This document shows positions 9,716 to 19,322 of a stretch of 64,000 nt of DNA, in pieces. Made by a program: the position numbers and the translations under genes. Origin of the DNA: Methanothrix sp. GTDB taxonomy: Archaea > Halobacteriota > Methanosarcinia > Methanotrichales > Methanotrichaceae. Under the pieces are notes generated by a model. It saw only the letters and a program-made list of their open reading frames with translations. It ran no database searches and was not told the DNA's origin. The stretch covers positions 38,096-102,095 of the forward strand of contig JAXGJB010000005.1 of NCBI GenBank assembly GCA_040770465.1. The letters are read 5' to 3'. Each line of letters begins with the position of its first letter. Positions within the stretch are counted from its first letter, which is position 1.

Positions 9716-10393
9716 CTACCCCATAAAACCCAACGCATCTTCGATACGGCCCAGCTCCGGTCCCGTCGTCTCGTCTCCGGCGACGTACCCTTTGCCGTTG
9801 GCCAGGATCCCCGACCCCACCAGAGGCGAGCCGAAGTTCACGGTCCCCACGTCCACAGGAAGGCCGAAGAGATCCTCGAGCTCCGCCAGCTCCGTTTCCG
9901 CCAGCCTCGGATGGGTGAGGACTCCCCGGTTCGTCGCCGCCGACGTCATCCCCACGGTCTTCAGGCCGCCGATGGTCCCCCGGCGGACGTCGACCCCCAG
10001 GGCCCTTGAGATGCTCTCGCAGGCCCGGTCCGAGAGCCCCGGATGGACCATGGCGGCGGTGTCGTTGGCGAGGATGACGTTCCCGGCGGCGCTGATCTTT
10101 CCCGGAAGTCTCGCCACCTTTCCGAGAGAGGAGAGCCTCGTCAGGTCCTCATCGCTCGCATGAGGAGAGAGGACAAAGCCTCTGCTGTTCCCACAGACGA
10201 GGGACCCTATGACGGAGCTTCCCGCCACCGTCATCTTCAGAGGAGCGATCCCCAGGTGCCTCTCAAGCGTCCTCATGGAGACGGCGGCGGTCTCCAGGGG
10301 GACGAGCACCACATCTTCGGTGCAGCAGGCGAAGACTCCCAGAAGGGCGCTTCCTGCTATCTTCAGCCGCTTATCTGACCCGTTCGCCTGCAA
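9716..10393 (-). CDS. eif6: Translation initiation factor 6 (aIF6)
   Basis: GSSVIGSL..GNS, AGNVILAND, GTVNFGSPLVGSG, TTGPELGRIE; likely TTG start at 10393. Confidence 0.95.
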   Translation of the reverse strand: MQANGSDKRLKIAGSALLGVFACCTEDVVLVPLETAAVSMRTLERHLGIAPLKMTVAGSSVIGSLVCGNSRGFVLSPHASDEDLTRLSSLGKVARLPGKISAAGNVILANDTAAMVHPGLSDRACESISRALGVDVRRGTIGGLKTVGMTSAATNRGVLTHPRLAETELAELEDLFGLPVDVGTVNFGSPLVGSGILANGKGYVAGDETTGPELGRIEDALGFMG

Positions 10394-10643
10394 ACTCAGC
10401 CTCAACCCCACCGTCGTCGAACTTCGCCGCCTTCACTCTCACCCGGGCCGGCGGCTTCTGTGCGCCCCGAGCCCAGATCGCCTCGTTGAGGTCGCTTGAT
10501 ATCTTCACGTCCTCGACGGAGGTCTTCATGTGCTTTGCCAGATAGCTTCTGACCTCGTAGACGGCCCGCTTGCTCCTCTTCCATCTCGGAGCCTTCTTAA
10601 CTTCCCTCAAAGGAATAGTGTAAACCCTTTCTGTCTCCGCCAT
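10371..10643 (-). CDS. rpl31e: 50S ribosomal protein L31e
   Basis: ERVYTIPLR...KRSKRA...LNEAIWARG.QKPP. Confidence 0.96.
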   Translation of the reverse strand: MAETERVYTIPLREVKKAPRWKRSKRAVYEVRSYLAKHMKTSVEDVKISSDLNEAIWARGAQKPPARVRVKAAKFDDGGVEAEFAGERVR

Positions 10644-10653
10644 AAATCATACC

Positions 10654-10803
10654 TCACTCGATGGTGCTCCGTCTCCAGTGACGTCTCTTGGGATGGCTCA
10701 CCACTTTGCGCATCGTCTTTATGATCACCCAGCCGGGCACCCGCCTGTTCTGGCCGAAGGCCTTGGCGTGTCTGATCTTCTTGCCTTTGGTTCTCTTGCT
10801 CAA
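10654..10803 (-). CDS. rpl39e: 50S ribosomal protein L39e
   Basis: TTG start at 10803; [13 protein letters not shown]...HPKRRHWRR (last 49 aa of the 153-aa ORF in the track). Confidence 0.95.
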   Translation of the reverse strand: MSKRTKGKKIRHAKAFGQNRRVPGWVIIKTMRKVVSHPKRRHWRRSTIE

Positions 10804-11396
10804 ATCCGCTTCCTCCTGATCACTCTTGTATGCATGTGGTTTGCGGGAAATACCCTCGCTATGAGATCCGGCCCGCACCGCTCCTCCAGCTCCAGCCTCA
10901 GCCCCACCTCGAAATCGGAGGCGGGATGGACCTCGCTGTTGAGGGTCTCGAAATCCATGCGGCTTGATGCCAGGGTGTTGATGGTCTTGCTCCCGTATCC
11001 GGCCAGCGGCCTTATGTAATGGACTTTTCGCCTGTCCTCGAGGCTCCGGACCCCATCCGGGGTCATCATGGGAACACGATCTTCCCTCTTCGTCCCGTCG
11101 GCCAGATACTCCCAATCCCGGGATAGTACCTCCAGGGCGTGCCGGTGGAGGCGGTTGAGGGCGTCCCTCGGATGGCCGGTCGCAAGGAGCATCTCCAGGG
11201 CCTCCTCAAGAACCTCGTCTTCGAAGATGATCGTTCGATGTGGAAGGTTCAGGACCCGCGCGGCCTCCTTCGCCGCCCCGTCGGTATCGTGACCGCCGAA
11301 GGCGAAGGTTGCCAGCTCCACATCAAAGAACGGTTCCAGAAGAATCGAGGCTAAGGCGCTGTCCTTGCCGCCGCTGAAGAGAACTACGACCTTCAT
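10800..11396 (-). CDS. PP-loop adenine nucleotide alpha-hydrolase family protein
   Basis: [11 protein letters not shown]-loop, [11 protein letters not shown]; conserved position between the PDCD5 gene and rpl39e. Confidence 0.85.
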   Translation of the reverse strand: MKVVVLFSGGKDSALASILLEPFFDVELATFAFGGHDTDGAAKEAARVLNLPHRTIIFEDEVLEEALEMLLATGHPRDALNRLHRHALEVLSRDWEYLADGTKREDRVPMMTPDGVRSLEDRRKVHYIRPLAGYGSKTINTLASSRMDFETLNSEVHPASDFEVGLRLELEERCGPDLIARVFPANHMHTRVIRRKRI

Positions 11397-11746
11397 CGCC
11401 TGGTGATGTTGATCTCCCTCTTTTTGGGCTGAATCTGTTTGAGTATGGCTTTGAGCTGCTCGTCTGTAATAGCGCTCTGGAGCCGGCCGCTCTGGGCCAG
11501 GACCACCAGCTGAGACTCGATCTGGGACGCGAACTCCGGGCGGGCCATCCTGATGCTGCTGAGCCTCTCCCTCGCCTCGGGGGTGAGGATCGTCCTCAGG
11601 ATCGCCTGCTTTCGGGCCTCCATTTCCTGCTGCATCTGCTCTTGCTGGGCCCTCTGGGCAGAGTACATCTGGGAGTCGGTCTGCTGCCTCTGGAGTTCTT
11701 CCATCTTTTTGCGCTTCAGCTCTGCAAGCTCATCATCCATATCCAT
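11393..11746 (-). CDS. PDCD5-family DNA-binding protein
   Basis: [28 protein letters not shown]. Confidence 0.93.
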   Translation of the reverse strand: MDMDDELAELKRKKMEELQRQQTDSQMYSAQRAQQEQMQQEMEARKQAILRTILTPEARERLSSIRMARPEFASQIESQLVVLAQSGRLQSAITDEQLKAILKQIQPKKREINITRR

Positions 11747-11749
11747 GAA

Positions 11750-12199
11750 TCAGTACCTCTCAAGCTCCGGGATCGACTTCTGTACCTCGATTTTGACCTG
11801 ATGAGATATGTTGTCCAGGAAAGACTGACCTGTCGGGGTGAGCTGCCGTCCCGCCTTAATCTTCTTCACGTACCCCGCCTTCTCCAGCTGCTGGAGGGCG
11901 ACTCGAACGACAGACCCGCTCCCCTTATCGAAGTTGGGAGTTATGGTCTTTCTTCTGTGCTTTCCTCCGTAGTAGGACCGGAGCCTCGATACACCCACCG
12001 GACCGTCGACGTAGAGGCGGCGGAGCACCGATGCACACCGCACGTACCACCAGTCGGGGTTGACGGGGGGCATCTCCTTGTTCACTCCGGTCTTCGCGTG
12101 GGCAGACCATTCCGGCGGCTCGATCTTCCCGCTGGTCTTCAGCTCCTGGGCCACAGCATCTATGAGGTGGTTTGGAGGCACGTCATAAACAGTCGTCAA
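11750..12199 (-). CDS. rps19e: 30S ribosomal protein S19e
   Basis: TTVYDVP, KTGVNKEMPP, DWWYVRCAS.LR, ALQQLEKAG; TTG start 10 nt after GGAGG. Confidence 0.97.
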   Translation of the reverse strand: MTTVYDVPPNHLIDAVAQELKTSGKIEPPEWSAHAKTGVNKEMPPVNPDWWYVRCASVLRRLYVDGPVGVSRLRSYYGGKHRRKTITPNFDKGSGSVVRVALQQLEKAGYVKKIKAGRQLTPTGQSFLDNISHQVKIEVQKSIPELERY

Positions 12200-12258
12200 A
12201 TCATTCAATCCTCCGATACGAGATAATCAACGAACCAGAGTCCTTAAAATCCGTCAAG

Positions 12259-12272
12259 TATAAATGCTTTTT
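12259..12272 (-). promoter_or_regulatory. BRE/TATA promoter of the rps19e-ftsY operon
   Basis: Minus strand reads AAAAAGCATTTATA, about 60 nt upstream of rps19e. Confidence 0.65.
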
Positions 12273-12541
12273 CCGGATCTGGCGGCCACCCCTCCAATCC
12301 ATCCAGAACGAATCGAGATCGAGAGGCGATTAAGCCGTCCTGGCCCGGCATCAGCCGCCGGGGACGGCCCCCCAATGATGGCCTTGGGACGACGGCCGGA
12401 ACATTTGAGGGCCTGCCTAAGGCAGAGAGCAGCCCCAGAGCAGAGATCACTCCTGGGTAGAGAGCAGCTCAAGGCAGAGGGGGCGGTCTAAGGAGCCGGC
12501 AGATCAGATATGGCGCCGAAAAAGACCGGTCATTGCAGGAT

Positions 12542-13789
12542 CTAAAGGAGATCTCCGCCCTTGTCTGCGAGGCCCAGGACGTTCAAGAGGCCGATGAGAT
12601 TCTCTTTTGAGAGGCTGCCGTTGGAGACCTTCTTGAGGATGTCCTTGGCGTTGAAGGCGACGCCGAGGCCAGCGTTCTGGATCATGAGGCAGTCGTTGGC
12701 GCCGTCGCCCACCGCCACCACGCTGTCGGGGCTGATCCCCTCGAGCTTTGCGAGATCGTTCACGATCCGCCCTTTGGCCGCGGCGTCGATGATCTCCCCC
12801 TCGACCTCGCCGGTGAGGACGCCGTCCTTTATCTCAAGGACGTTGGCGAAGGTGTAATCGAAGCCGAGCCTCTCTTTCAGGATGTCGGTGAAGTAGGTGA
12901 AGCCGCCGCTTATGAGGGCGGTCTTGTACCCCACCTGCTTGAGGTGGTGGATCAGCTCTTCGGAGCCGGGGGTGAGCTGGATGTTCTTTGCTATCTCCTC
13001 GAGAGCCTCGACGGGGGTCCCCTTCAGCAGCCGGACCCGTCTTCTCAAGGCCTCAACGAAGTCCAGCTCACCGTTCATGGCACGCCTCGTGATCTCCTCC
13101 ACCTCCCGGTCGACCCCCACAAACGAGGCCATCTGGTTTATCGTCTCGAAGTCGACTATCGTCGAGTCCATGTCGAAGACGATCAGCCTCTTCTCCTTCG
13201 CGGACTTGTCCAGGTCCTGGACGACGACGTCGAGGCCGAGCTTCTCGCACTCCGCCTTCAGCTCCTCCCTGACCCTCTTCGTCTCGCCGGTACCGAAGTC
13301 CATGACGAACTCGATGGATATCAGCTCGCCCCTGGCGGTGACCAGAGCCTTCTCGATGTTTATACCCCTTCTCGCGGCGGTGTTTGCGACGTCGTAGATG
13401 ATCCCCACCCGGTCCCTCGCCAGGATCGTCACGACCTGGAGGTTCTTTCCCCCCCTCCGCTTGCCTCTGTAGAGGGCCAGGGGAAGAACGCTCACCTCCA
13501 CCCCCAGCTCCGTGGCGAGCTTCTGGAGACGCGCCTCCAGCTCTTTCGGGGTCGCCGTAGCCTTTCCGAAGTCTGCGACCATCGACATGACGAAGAGTCC
13601 CTGGAGGATCCTCTGGTCCAGATCGACTATGTTGACCATCATCTTCGCGGGGGCATCCAGGAGGTCTCTAATCATCCCGGGCCTGTCCTTCCCCAGGACC
13701 GAGATCACCCAGAGGTCGAAGCCAAAAGCCTCCTCTCCCCTCGATTCCATATCTTCATTCAAGCTGATCGTGGGGGAGTGAGCATCCAC
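12542..13789 (-). CDS. serB: Phosphoserine phosphatase with two N-terminal ACT domains
   Basis: HAD motifs FDMDST, SGGF, GDGAND; ACT motifs GKDRPG and ARDRVG; start uncertain. Confidence 0.93.
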   Translation of the reverse strand: MDAHSPTISLNEDMESRGEEAFGFDLWVISVLGKDRPGMIRDLLDAPAKMMVNIVDLDQRILQGLFVMSMVADFGKATATPKELEARLQKLATELGVEVSVLPLALYRGKRRGGKNLQVVTILARDRVGIIYDVANTAARRGINIEKALVTARGELISIEFVMDFGTGETKRVREELKAECEKLGLDVVVQDLDKSAKEKRLIVFDMDSTIVDFETINQMASFVGVDREVEEITRRAMNGELDFVEALRRRVRLLKGTPVEALEEIAKNIQLTPGSEELIHHLKQVGYKTALISGGFTYFTDILKERLGFDYTFANVLEIKDGVLTGEVEGEIIDAAAKGRIVNDLAKLEGISPDSVVAVGDGANDCLMIQNAGLGVAFNAKDILKKVSNGSLSKENLIGLLNVLGLADKGGDLL

Positions 13790-14022
13790 GCCTAAATACT
13801 TTTTCAGCGATCAGGGACATTGGTGAGAAAAGACCCAGTTATCTTTCGATCAGAACTTCCGTAGGCCGATTCCCAAACTTCGTCCCGCTCGGTAACGAAA
13901 TTAAAATAACGACACCGACAGATGGGGACGGCTTAACATCCTGTCCATAAGGGTTAAAAGGAGCGGCTACAAAGGGATTAGATGGAAAATAGGGGTAGCA
14001 GGCCATCGTTCTTTGGGGAAGC

Positions 14023-16206
14023 ATGATGTCGAAAATCATGGATCGAGGAAAGTCTTTCGAGCGTCTGGGTCTTCTCGGTGCCTTCCTGCTGGCACTATCT
14101 CTGAGGCTCCTTTCGGCCAAAAACGCCCTCGTCGGAGGAGACCTCCTCTTCTACGGCTACGATTCCTTCTATCACATGCGGAGGATCCTCTACACCGCAG
14201 AGAACTTTCCCTCTACCCTCTGGTTCGACTCTTATCTCAACCATCCCTCAGGACTGAACATCACCTGGCCCCCCCTCTTCGACCAGGTCGTGGCCGGAGC
14301 TTCCCTCCTCCTGGGTGGCGGCCCTCGAGCCGCGGAGATGGCGGGCGCCCTCGCCCCCGCGGTCCTGGGTTCGGGGGCGGTTCTGATAATCTACCTTCTG
14401 GGAAAGAAGATCTTCGGGGCGAGGGTGGCGATCCTCTCGGCCTTCATCCTGGCCGCCGATCCGAAGCATATCGCCCGGACCCATTTCGGATGTATCGACC
14501 ACGACGCTCTGGAGTCGCTATTGATCTTCGGGGCGATCCTCCTTCTCGCCTACGCCCTCACCGACGAAGACCGACGGGTATGGTTGGGGGCCGGAGCGGG
14601 GGTTCTCTTGGCCGCCGCTGCCTACGCCTGGCTGGGGACGCCCATTTACATGGGCGCCATCTTGGTCTATGCTGCGATTCAGGTCGCCCTCGACCTGCGA
14701 GACGGGGTCTCCGCGACAGAGACGATCGCCCCATTGGCGGCGGCCTTTGGTGTCGCCCTCCTTCTGATTTTGCCCTACCACGACGAGGCCTGGCTCTTTC
14801 CGTCCTTCCTGGGGGCTCTTGGGGGCCTCTCGACCCTGGCCGTTCTCCTCCTTTTATCCCGCCTCTTCGCCGCAAAGAGGATCTCATGGCTGGCCTATCT
14901 TCCCGCCGTGGCGATCCTCGGCTATCTCGCCGCGGTTCTGAGCTACACCGGCTGGATGGGCTCGATCCTCTGGCAGGGGATCAATTACTTTTTCCTGGGC
15001 GGCCTGGCCGAAGAGAGCATCATCGAGGCCGCGCCCCTATATCAGGTCGAAGGCCTGGTCTCCCTTCCGGGGCTGGGATTTGCCATCTCGCTCCTCGGGT
15101 TCTTCATCCTGATACCCGAAGCCTGTCGCTCCCGAATCTCCCGGGATCGGGCACTATTCCTGGTCTTTGCGGCCTTCACCCTCCTCCTGACGATATTTCA
15201 GGTCCGATTTCTCTACCTCTTCTCCGTCGCCGGATCGCTGCTGACGGCCCTCCTCTTCTTCTGGTGCTCCCGGAGGCTCAGGTCCCTGGGGCCACCAGCA
15301 CCTTCGACGGCAAGTCCCCTTCCGATCGCCCTGCTGGTGATCCTCCTCCTCCCAAACGCGGCTGGACTACTCCAGATCGCCGATGAACGGCCGGAGATTG
15401 AGGGGGACTGGGTCGGGACTCTCGACTGGTTGGATGATAACACCCCGGCGACGACGGCGTTTGAGCGGCCGGTCCAGCCGGGAGAGTACGCCGTTTTGAG
15501 CTGGTGGGATTACGGCAACTGGATCCTCTACAAGTCGAGAAGGCCGGTGGTGGCGAACAACTTTCAGGCAGGAGCTACGGAAGCTGCCCGGTTCTTCCTT
15601 TCGGAAGACGAAGAGGAGGCCCTGGCCATAGCCGAAGAAAGAGACGTTCGATACGTAATAACCGACGAGAAGATGGTCTACAGCAAGCTTCCGGCCATCG
15701 TCCGCTGGACGGGCGAAGATCCCGATAGCTACGTCGCCATCGTCGCCGGCTCGGACGCCGACGCCTTCCATCATTCCAACAAATTTCTGGCGACCGTCCT
15801 CGCAAGGCTTCACCTCCGCGACTGCACGGACCTGGGTGGCTTCCGGCTGGTCCGCGAATCGGAGACGGTCGTGGGGCTCAAGGTTCAGACGAGCGAGGTG
15901 AAAGTCTTCGAGCGGGTGGCGGGCGCGAAGATCGCCGGCACCACCCCTTACGACAAGCCGATAGGGGTGGCCCTGGAGATTATGTCAAACCAGGGGAGGA
16001 GGTTTGAGTACTTCAACTCGGCGATGCCGGTGGACGGCCGCTATGAGGTGACCGTCCCCTACTCCACCGACAAGACCCTCGAAACCCACGCTCTCGGCCC
16101 CTATCTGGTGGGGCCGGTGGAGGATTTCGTCGGCGGGGATTTCAAGGAAGTCGAAGTGAGCGAGGATGACGTAACCCAGGGGAGGGTTATCGAGGTCGAT
16201 TTCTGA
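14023..16206 (+). CDS. aglB: Archaeal oligosaccharyltransferase (STT3/AglB family)
   Basis: YDSFYHMR, D.YLNHP.G, DHDALE, many TM helices, SWWDYGNW, NNFQ. Confidence 0.93.
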   Translation: MMSKIMDRGKSFERLGLLGAFLLALSLRLLSAKNALVGGDLLFYGYDSFYHMRRILYTAENFPSTLWFDSYLNHPSGLNITWPPLFDQVVAGASLLLGGGPRAAEMAGALAPAVLGSGAVLIIYLLGKKIFGARVAILSAFILAADPKHIARTHFGCIDHDALESLLIFGAILLLAYALTDEDRRVWLGAGAGVLLAAAAYAWLGTPIYMGAILVYAAIQVALDLRDGVSATETIAPLAAAFGVALLLILPYHDEAWLFPSFLGALGGLSTLAVLLLLSRLFAAKRISWLAYLPAVAILGYLAAVLSYTGWMGSILWQGINYFFLGGLAEESIIEAAPLYQVEGLVSLPGLGFAISLLGFFILIPEACRSRISRDRALFLVFAAFTLLLTIFQVRFLYLFSVAGSLLTALLFFWCSRRLRSLGPPAPSTASPLPIALLVILLLPNAAGLLQIADERPEIEGDWVGTLDWLDDNTPATTAFERPVQPGEYAVLSWWDYGNWILYKSRRPVVANNFQAGATEAARFFLSEDEEEALAIAEERDVRYVITDEKMVYSKLPAIVRWTGEDPDSYVAIVAGSDADAFHHSNKFLATVLARLHLRDCTDLGGFRLVRESETVVGLKVQTSEVKVFERVAGAKIAGTTPYDKPIGVALEIMSNQGRRFEYFNSAMPVDGRYEVTVPYSTDKTLETHALGPYLVGPVEDFVGGDFKEVEVSEDDVTQGRVIEVDF

Positions 16207-16255
16207 CCTCTCGGAAGAATAGCAGCATCAAGACTAACCTGCCCAGACATCGATC

Positions 16256-16672
16256 TCACAGCAGCAGCTGGCAGCATGTCTTGATGCAGATTCCGGGGAC
16301 GACGTTCCTCCCCTCCCGGTCCAGAGCTTCTATAACCACCTCGTTCTCGGTTCCGGGCTGGAGCCAGAAGGTCTCAAAGCCGACCTCGCGGGCCTCCTCG
16401 GCAAGGCTCGCGACCGCCTCAGGCCTTCTGAATACGTCCAGGATGTCGATCTTCTCGGGAACGTCCTTGAGGGAGCCGAGGACCCTCTCCCCCAGGATCT
16501 CCTCCCCTTCGTACTGGGGGTTGATGAGGTAAACCTTGAAGCCGTACCTCTTAACAGTCTCCGAGACGAAGTGGCTGGGCCTATTTTCGTCGGGTGAGAT
16601 CCCCACGACGGCGACGGTTCTGCTCTTCTTCAGTATCTCTCTCAGCTTCTCGGAATCATCTATGACGGGCGT
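16256..16672 (-). CDS. CoA-binding protein (YccU-like)
   Basis: VAVVGIS...RPS, INP, IDILDVFR, FWLQPG; the natural start position is an ACG codon at 16672 after GGAGG. Confidence 0.85.
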   Translation of the reverse strand, partial: TPVIDDSEKLREILKKSRTVAVVGISPDENRPSHFVSETVKRYGFKVYLINPQYEGEEILGERVLGSLKDVPEKIDILDVFRRPEAVASLAEEAREVGFETFWLQPGTENEVVIEALDREGRNVVPGICIKTCCQLLL

Positions 16673-16884
16673 GAAAGATCGCCTCCATGGATCTTGAATG
16701 GATGCCGGATGGATATCAATCAACGATCGAGTATAAATCAATAGATTCAGCTTCGGGTCGGATCAATTTTAAGCGAAGATCCGGATAATGTCCAGAAAGA
16801 CGAGAATGGATCTTCATCCCCGAAGACGATGCAAAACCCAGCAACTCAGATATCTTCATATAGATTCCGATCGGAATTAAGTCT

Positions 16885-17937
16885 ATGAAAAAATTGCTAG
16901 CAATGGCTATCTTGGGAACTCTCCTCCTGTCCGGCAGCGGCTCTGCTGGGTGGGAGAGGATCTGGGAGCAGAGGGCAGATGATGTGGTTGTAAAGCACGG
17001 GATCACCATCGAAAACAGCGGCCAGCCTTACCCGACCGGTGACATCCCGACGGACCAGGTCAGAGTCTTTGCCGTCCAGAACCAAACCGGAGATATTTAC
17101 AGGTACAGCGGGACACCCGACCGGTGGACGAAGGTGGGAAACCCCGGAAAGAAGTTTGTAGCGACGGGCGGGGTCGGCAGCAGGCTCTACGGCCTCGATC
17201 CGGCGGGGATGGGAGTCTACGAGTTCACCGGCACCCCCATGAACTGGACCCAGGTGGGCGGGCCCGCCGCTGATATCTACGCCGGAGGCAACAAGCTCTA
17301 CGCCACAAACCCCGATGACGACTGGGAGATCTACGAGTACGCCGGAACTCCCTGGGAATGGGTGCAGATAGGAGAGCGGTCACCGTCCCGCCCGAATATT
17401 AACCAGGTTGTGGACTACATGGCATCCGGCGGCGGATACCTGGTGGGGATGGGCTTCCCCTACGAGATAATCCCGTCGAAACTTTACCTCCTCGCCGAGA
17501 GGGTCAACTCTGAAGGCGTCACCATCGGTGTCGTATTGAAGTATTCAGGGACGCCCCTGGACTGGGAGATATCGCAGGGTGGAGGTCTGGATTTCGACGC
17601 CGTCTTCGGCGACGGTTTCAACGCCGGGGCGGTCTATGCAAGGGATTATCACAGCCAGGAGGTCTACCGGTGGTCTGAGGATGCCGAAAGCTGGGAGGTA
17701 GCGACCGATCCCGCAAAGATCGTCGTCGCCGACCAGCGCATCGACGGCTCTTCGGTCCACAACCTCCTTTACCGGCTTGAAGAGAATGGAGACCTCTGGA
17801 TGCTGGATGACACCGTCGGATCTTGGACCGAGATCGATACTTCGGGATGGAGAAATCCCCTGAAGGGAATCTACGCCGCTGGCGGAGAACTCTACGCGCT
17901 GTCAGAGGCTGGATACGTCTTCAAGTACGTATCCTGA
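16885..17937 (+). CDS. Secreted beta-propeller repeat protein (tectonin/lectin-like)
   Basis: Signal peptide; repeated units of the form Y-x-Y-x-G-T-P-x-x-W-x-x-V/I-G-G-P...IYAGG..LYA. Confidence 0.65.
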   Translation: MKKLLAMAILGTLLLSGSGSAGWERIWEQRADDVVVKHGITIENSGQPYPTGDIPTDQVRVFAVQNQTGDIYRYSGTPDRWTKVGNPGKKFVATGGVGSRLYGLDPAGMGVYEFTGTPMNWTQVGGPAADIYAGGNKLYATNPDDDWEIYEYAGTPWEWVQIGERSPSRPNINQVVDYMASGGGYLVGMGFPYEIIPSKLYLLAERVNSEGVTIGVVLKYSGTPLDWEISQGGGLDFDAVFGDGFNAGAVYARDYHSQEVYRWSEDAESWEVATDPAKIVVADQRIDGSSVHNLLYRLEENGDLWMLDDTVGSWTEIDTSGWRNPLKGIYAAGGELYALSEAGYVFKYVS

Positions 17938-17980
17938 CGCCTGGATACCCCGACGCCTGGAGCCCCCCTCCAGGCAACAG

Positions 17981-17992
17981 TTTTTTTTTCTT
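17981..17992 (+). terminator. Oligo-T terminator between convergent genes
   Basis: T9 run 44 nt after the stop codon at 17937. Confidence 0.55.
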
Positions 17993-18002
17993 ATCTGCCA
18001 GA

Positions 18003-18674
18003 TCACTCGACGCCCCGAGCAGTTATCCGCAGCTCTGCGACGGCCCCCTCGGGCATGGACCTGTGCTTGACGAGCCGTGCCAGCCTCTTTCCCTCGCCCC
18101 TCTTCTCGATGAATATCGCGGTCTTTGTGGCGTGGTCCATCGCCATCCCGCCCAGGGGCCTGAGGTTTCCGGTCTCGATCTCCATGTAGACCTGGTTTGT
18201 CACCACCACCGGGATCCGGTGCCTCCTCGCCATCTCCTGAAGCTCGCCGAGCTGGACCGCAAGAGCCCTCCGAACGGGCCTGTTGTCGTCCCCCTCGAAG
18301 GCCGCCCGATAAAGGGAGGTCGCCGAGTCGAGGATCAACAGGCCAAACTCCTTCCCCATGATCCTGGTGGCATCTTTTATCGACGCGTGCTGCTGCTCCA
18401 GGTTCAGAGGCTCGAAGACGACGATCTTTGCCCCCACCGCCTTCGCATCATCCCCGGCGATCTGCTTGAACCTCTCGACGGAGAAGCCCTCGGTGTCGAT
18501 GAAGATCACCTTGAGGCCGCGGGCTACGGCACCGACCGCCAGCTGTAGGATGATGTTCGTCTTGCCGGTCCCGGCCTCGCCGTAGATCTGGGTTATGATC
18601 CCCGGCTCAAACCCCCCGCCCAGGAGCCGGTCCAGCCCCTCGCACCCCGAAGAGAGCCTATCCTGCATGATCAC
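18003..18674 (-). CDS. radB: DNA repair protein RadB
   Basis: YGEAGTGKTN, IDTEG, LDSAT..YR, VTNQV, C-terminal KHR motif; no RadA N-domain. Confidence 0.95.
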   Translation of the reverse strand: MIMQDRLSSGCEGLDRLLGGGFEPGIITQIYGEAGTGKTNIILQLAVGAVARGLKVIFIDTEGFSVERFKQIAGDDAKAVGAKIVVFEPLNLEQQHASIKDATRIMGKEFGLLILDSATSLYRAAFEGDDNRPVRRALAVQLGELQEMARRHRIPVVVTNQVYMEIETGNLRPLGGMAMDHATKTAIFIEKRGEGKRLARLVKHRSMPEGAVAELRITARGVE

Positions 18675-18734
18675 CGATCTTCCATCCTTCCAGCATCTTC
18701 TGCATCTTCTTTTTCTCTTTTTTTCGCGTCCGGC

Positions 18735-19322
18735 TCAAACGTGCTCGTAGATCAGCTCATCCAGCCGGTCCATCGCCTCGATCTCCCGGGGGCCGCCGCA
18801 CCGGCCGACGATCCTCCTGATCTTGAAGATCTCCTCCAGGTAGAGGTCGCTTTTGAGGGCGACGTAGCGGGTCGCGGCGACGGCAGCCTCGACGACCAGG
18901 TTGATCCCCCGGTTGACGGCCCGAAACTCCCTCCTGATCACCTCGCCCTTGACGAACTCAACCTCGGGGAGGGCGATGTCCAGGTTCTTGGGCTCGCACC
19001 TGAAGAGGGCCCAGGCCTCGGCGTCTTTGAGGGTCAGCTCCCCGTCCCTTTCGACGAACCGATCTTCGGGGATGTCGTTCAAGGCGGTCTCTACGAAGAG
19101 CATCGGATCGTGGGATACGTTGGCGACGAACTCGTGGCCTGCCATTATGTTGTCGTAGGTGTGAGACCCGATAAAGAGCCTCACCGAGAGGGCGTCGCCG
19201 TTCTTGATCAGACCGAGGGGCGCCGCGTTGGGGGCGCCAGCCTCGTTCTTTGTCGTGGCTATGATCTCGTTGATTCCGTCGAATATTCCGAGCGTTTCGA
19301 TCTCTTTGCGATCGTAAATCAT
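18735..19322 (-). CDS. DUF447 family protein
   Basis: GINEIIATT...PNAAPLG, GSHTYDN, NRG...VVEAAVAATR. Confidence 0.85.
   Translation of the reverse strand: MIYDRKEIETLGIFDGINEIIATTKNEAGAPNAAPLGLIKNGDALSVRLFIGSHTYDNIMAGHEFVANVSHDPMLFVETALNDIPEDRFVERDGELTLKDAEAWALFRCEPKNLDIALPEVEFVKGEVIRREFRAVNRGINLVVEAAVAATRYVALKSDLYLEEIFKIRRIVGRCGGPREIEAMDRLDELIYEHV

Noticed and set aside
12273-12541. GC-rich 270-bp gap with a hairpin (GCCGTCC 12334-12340 / GGACGGC 12362-12368) and a GG(C/T)AGAGAGCAGC repeat, considered as RNase P RNA or SRP RNA
   Set aside because: Neither strand shows the RNase P P4 consensus or the SRP helix-8 motif; structure is no more than expected for GC-rich DNA
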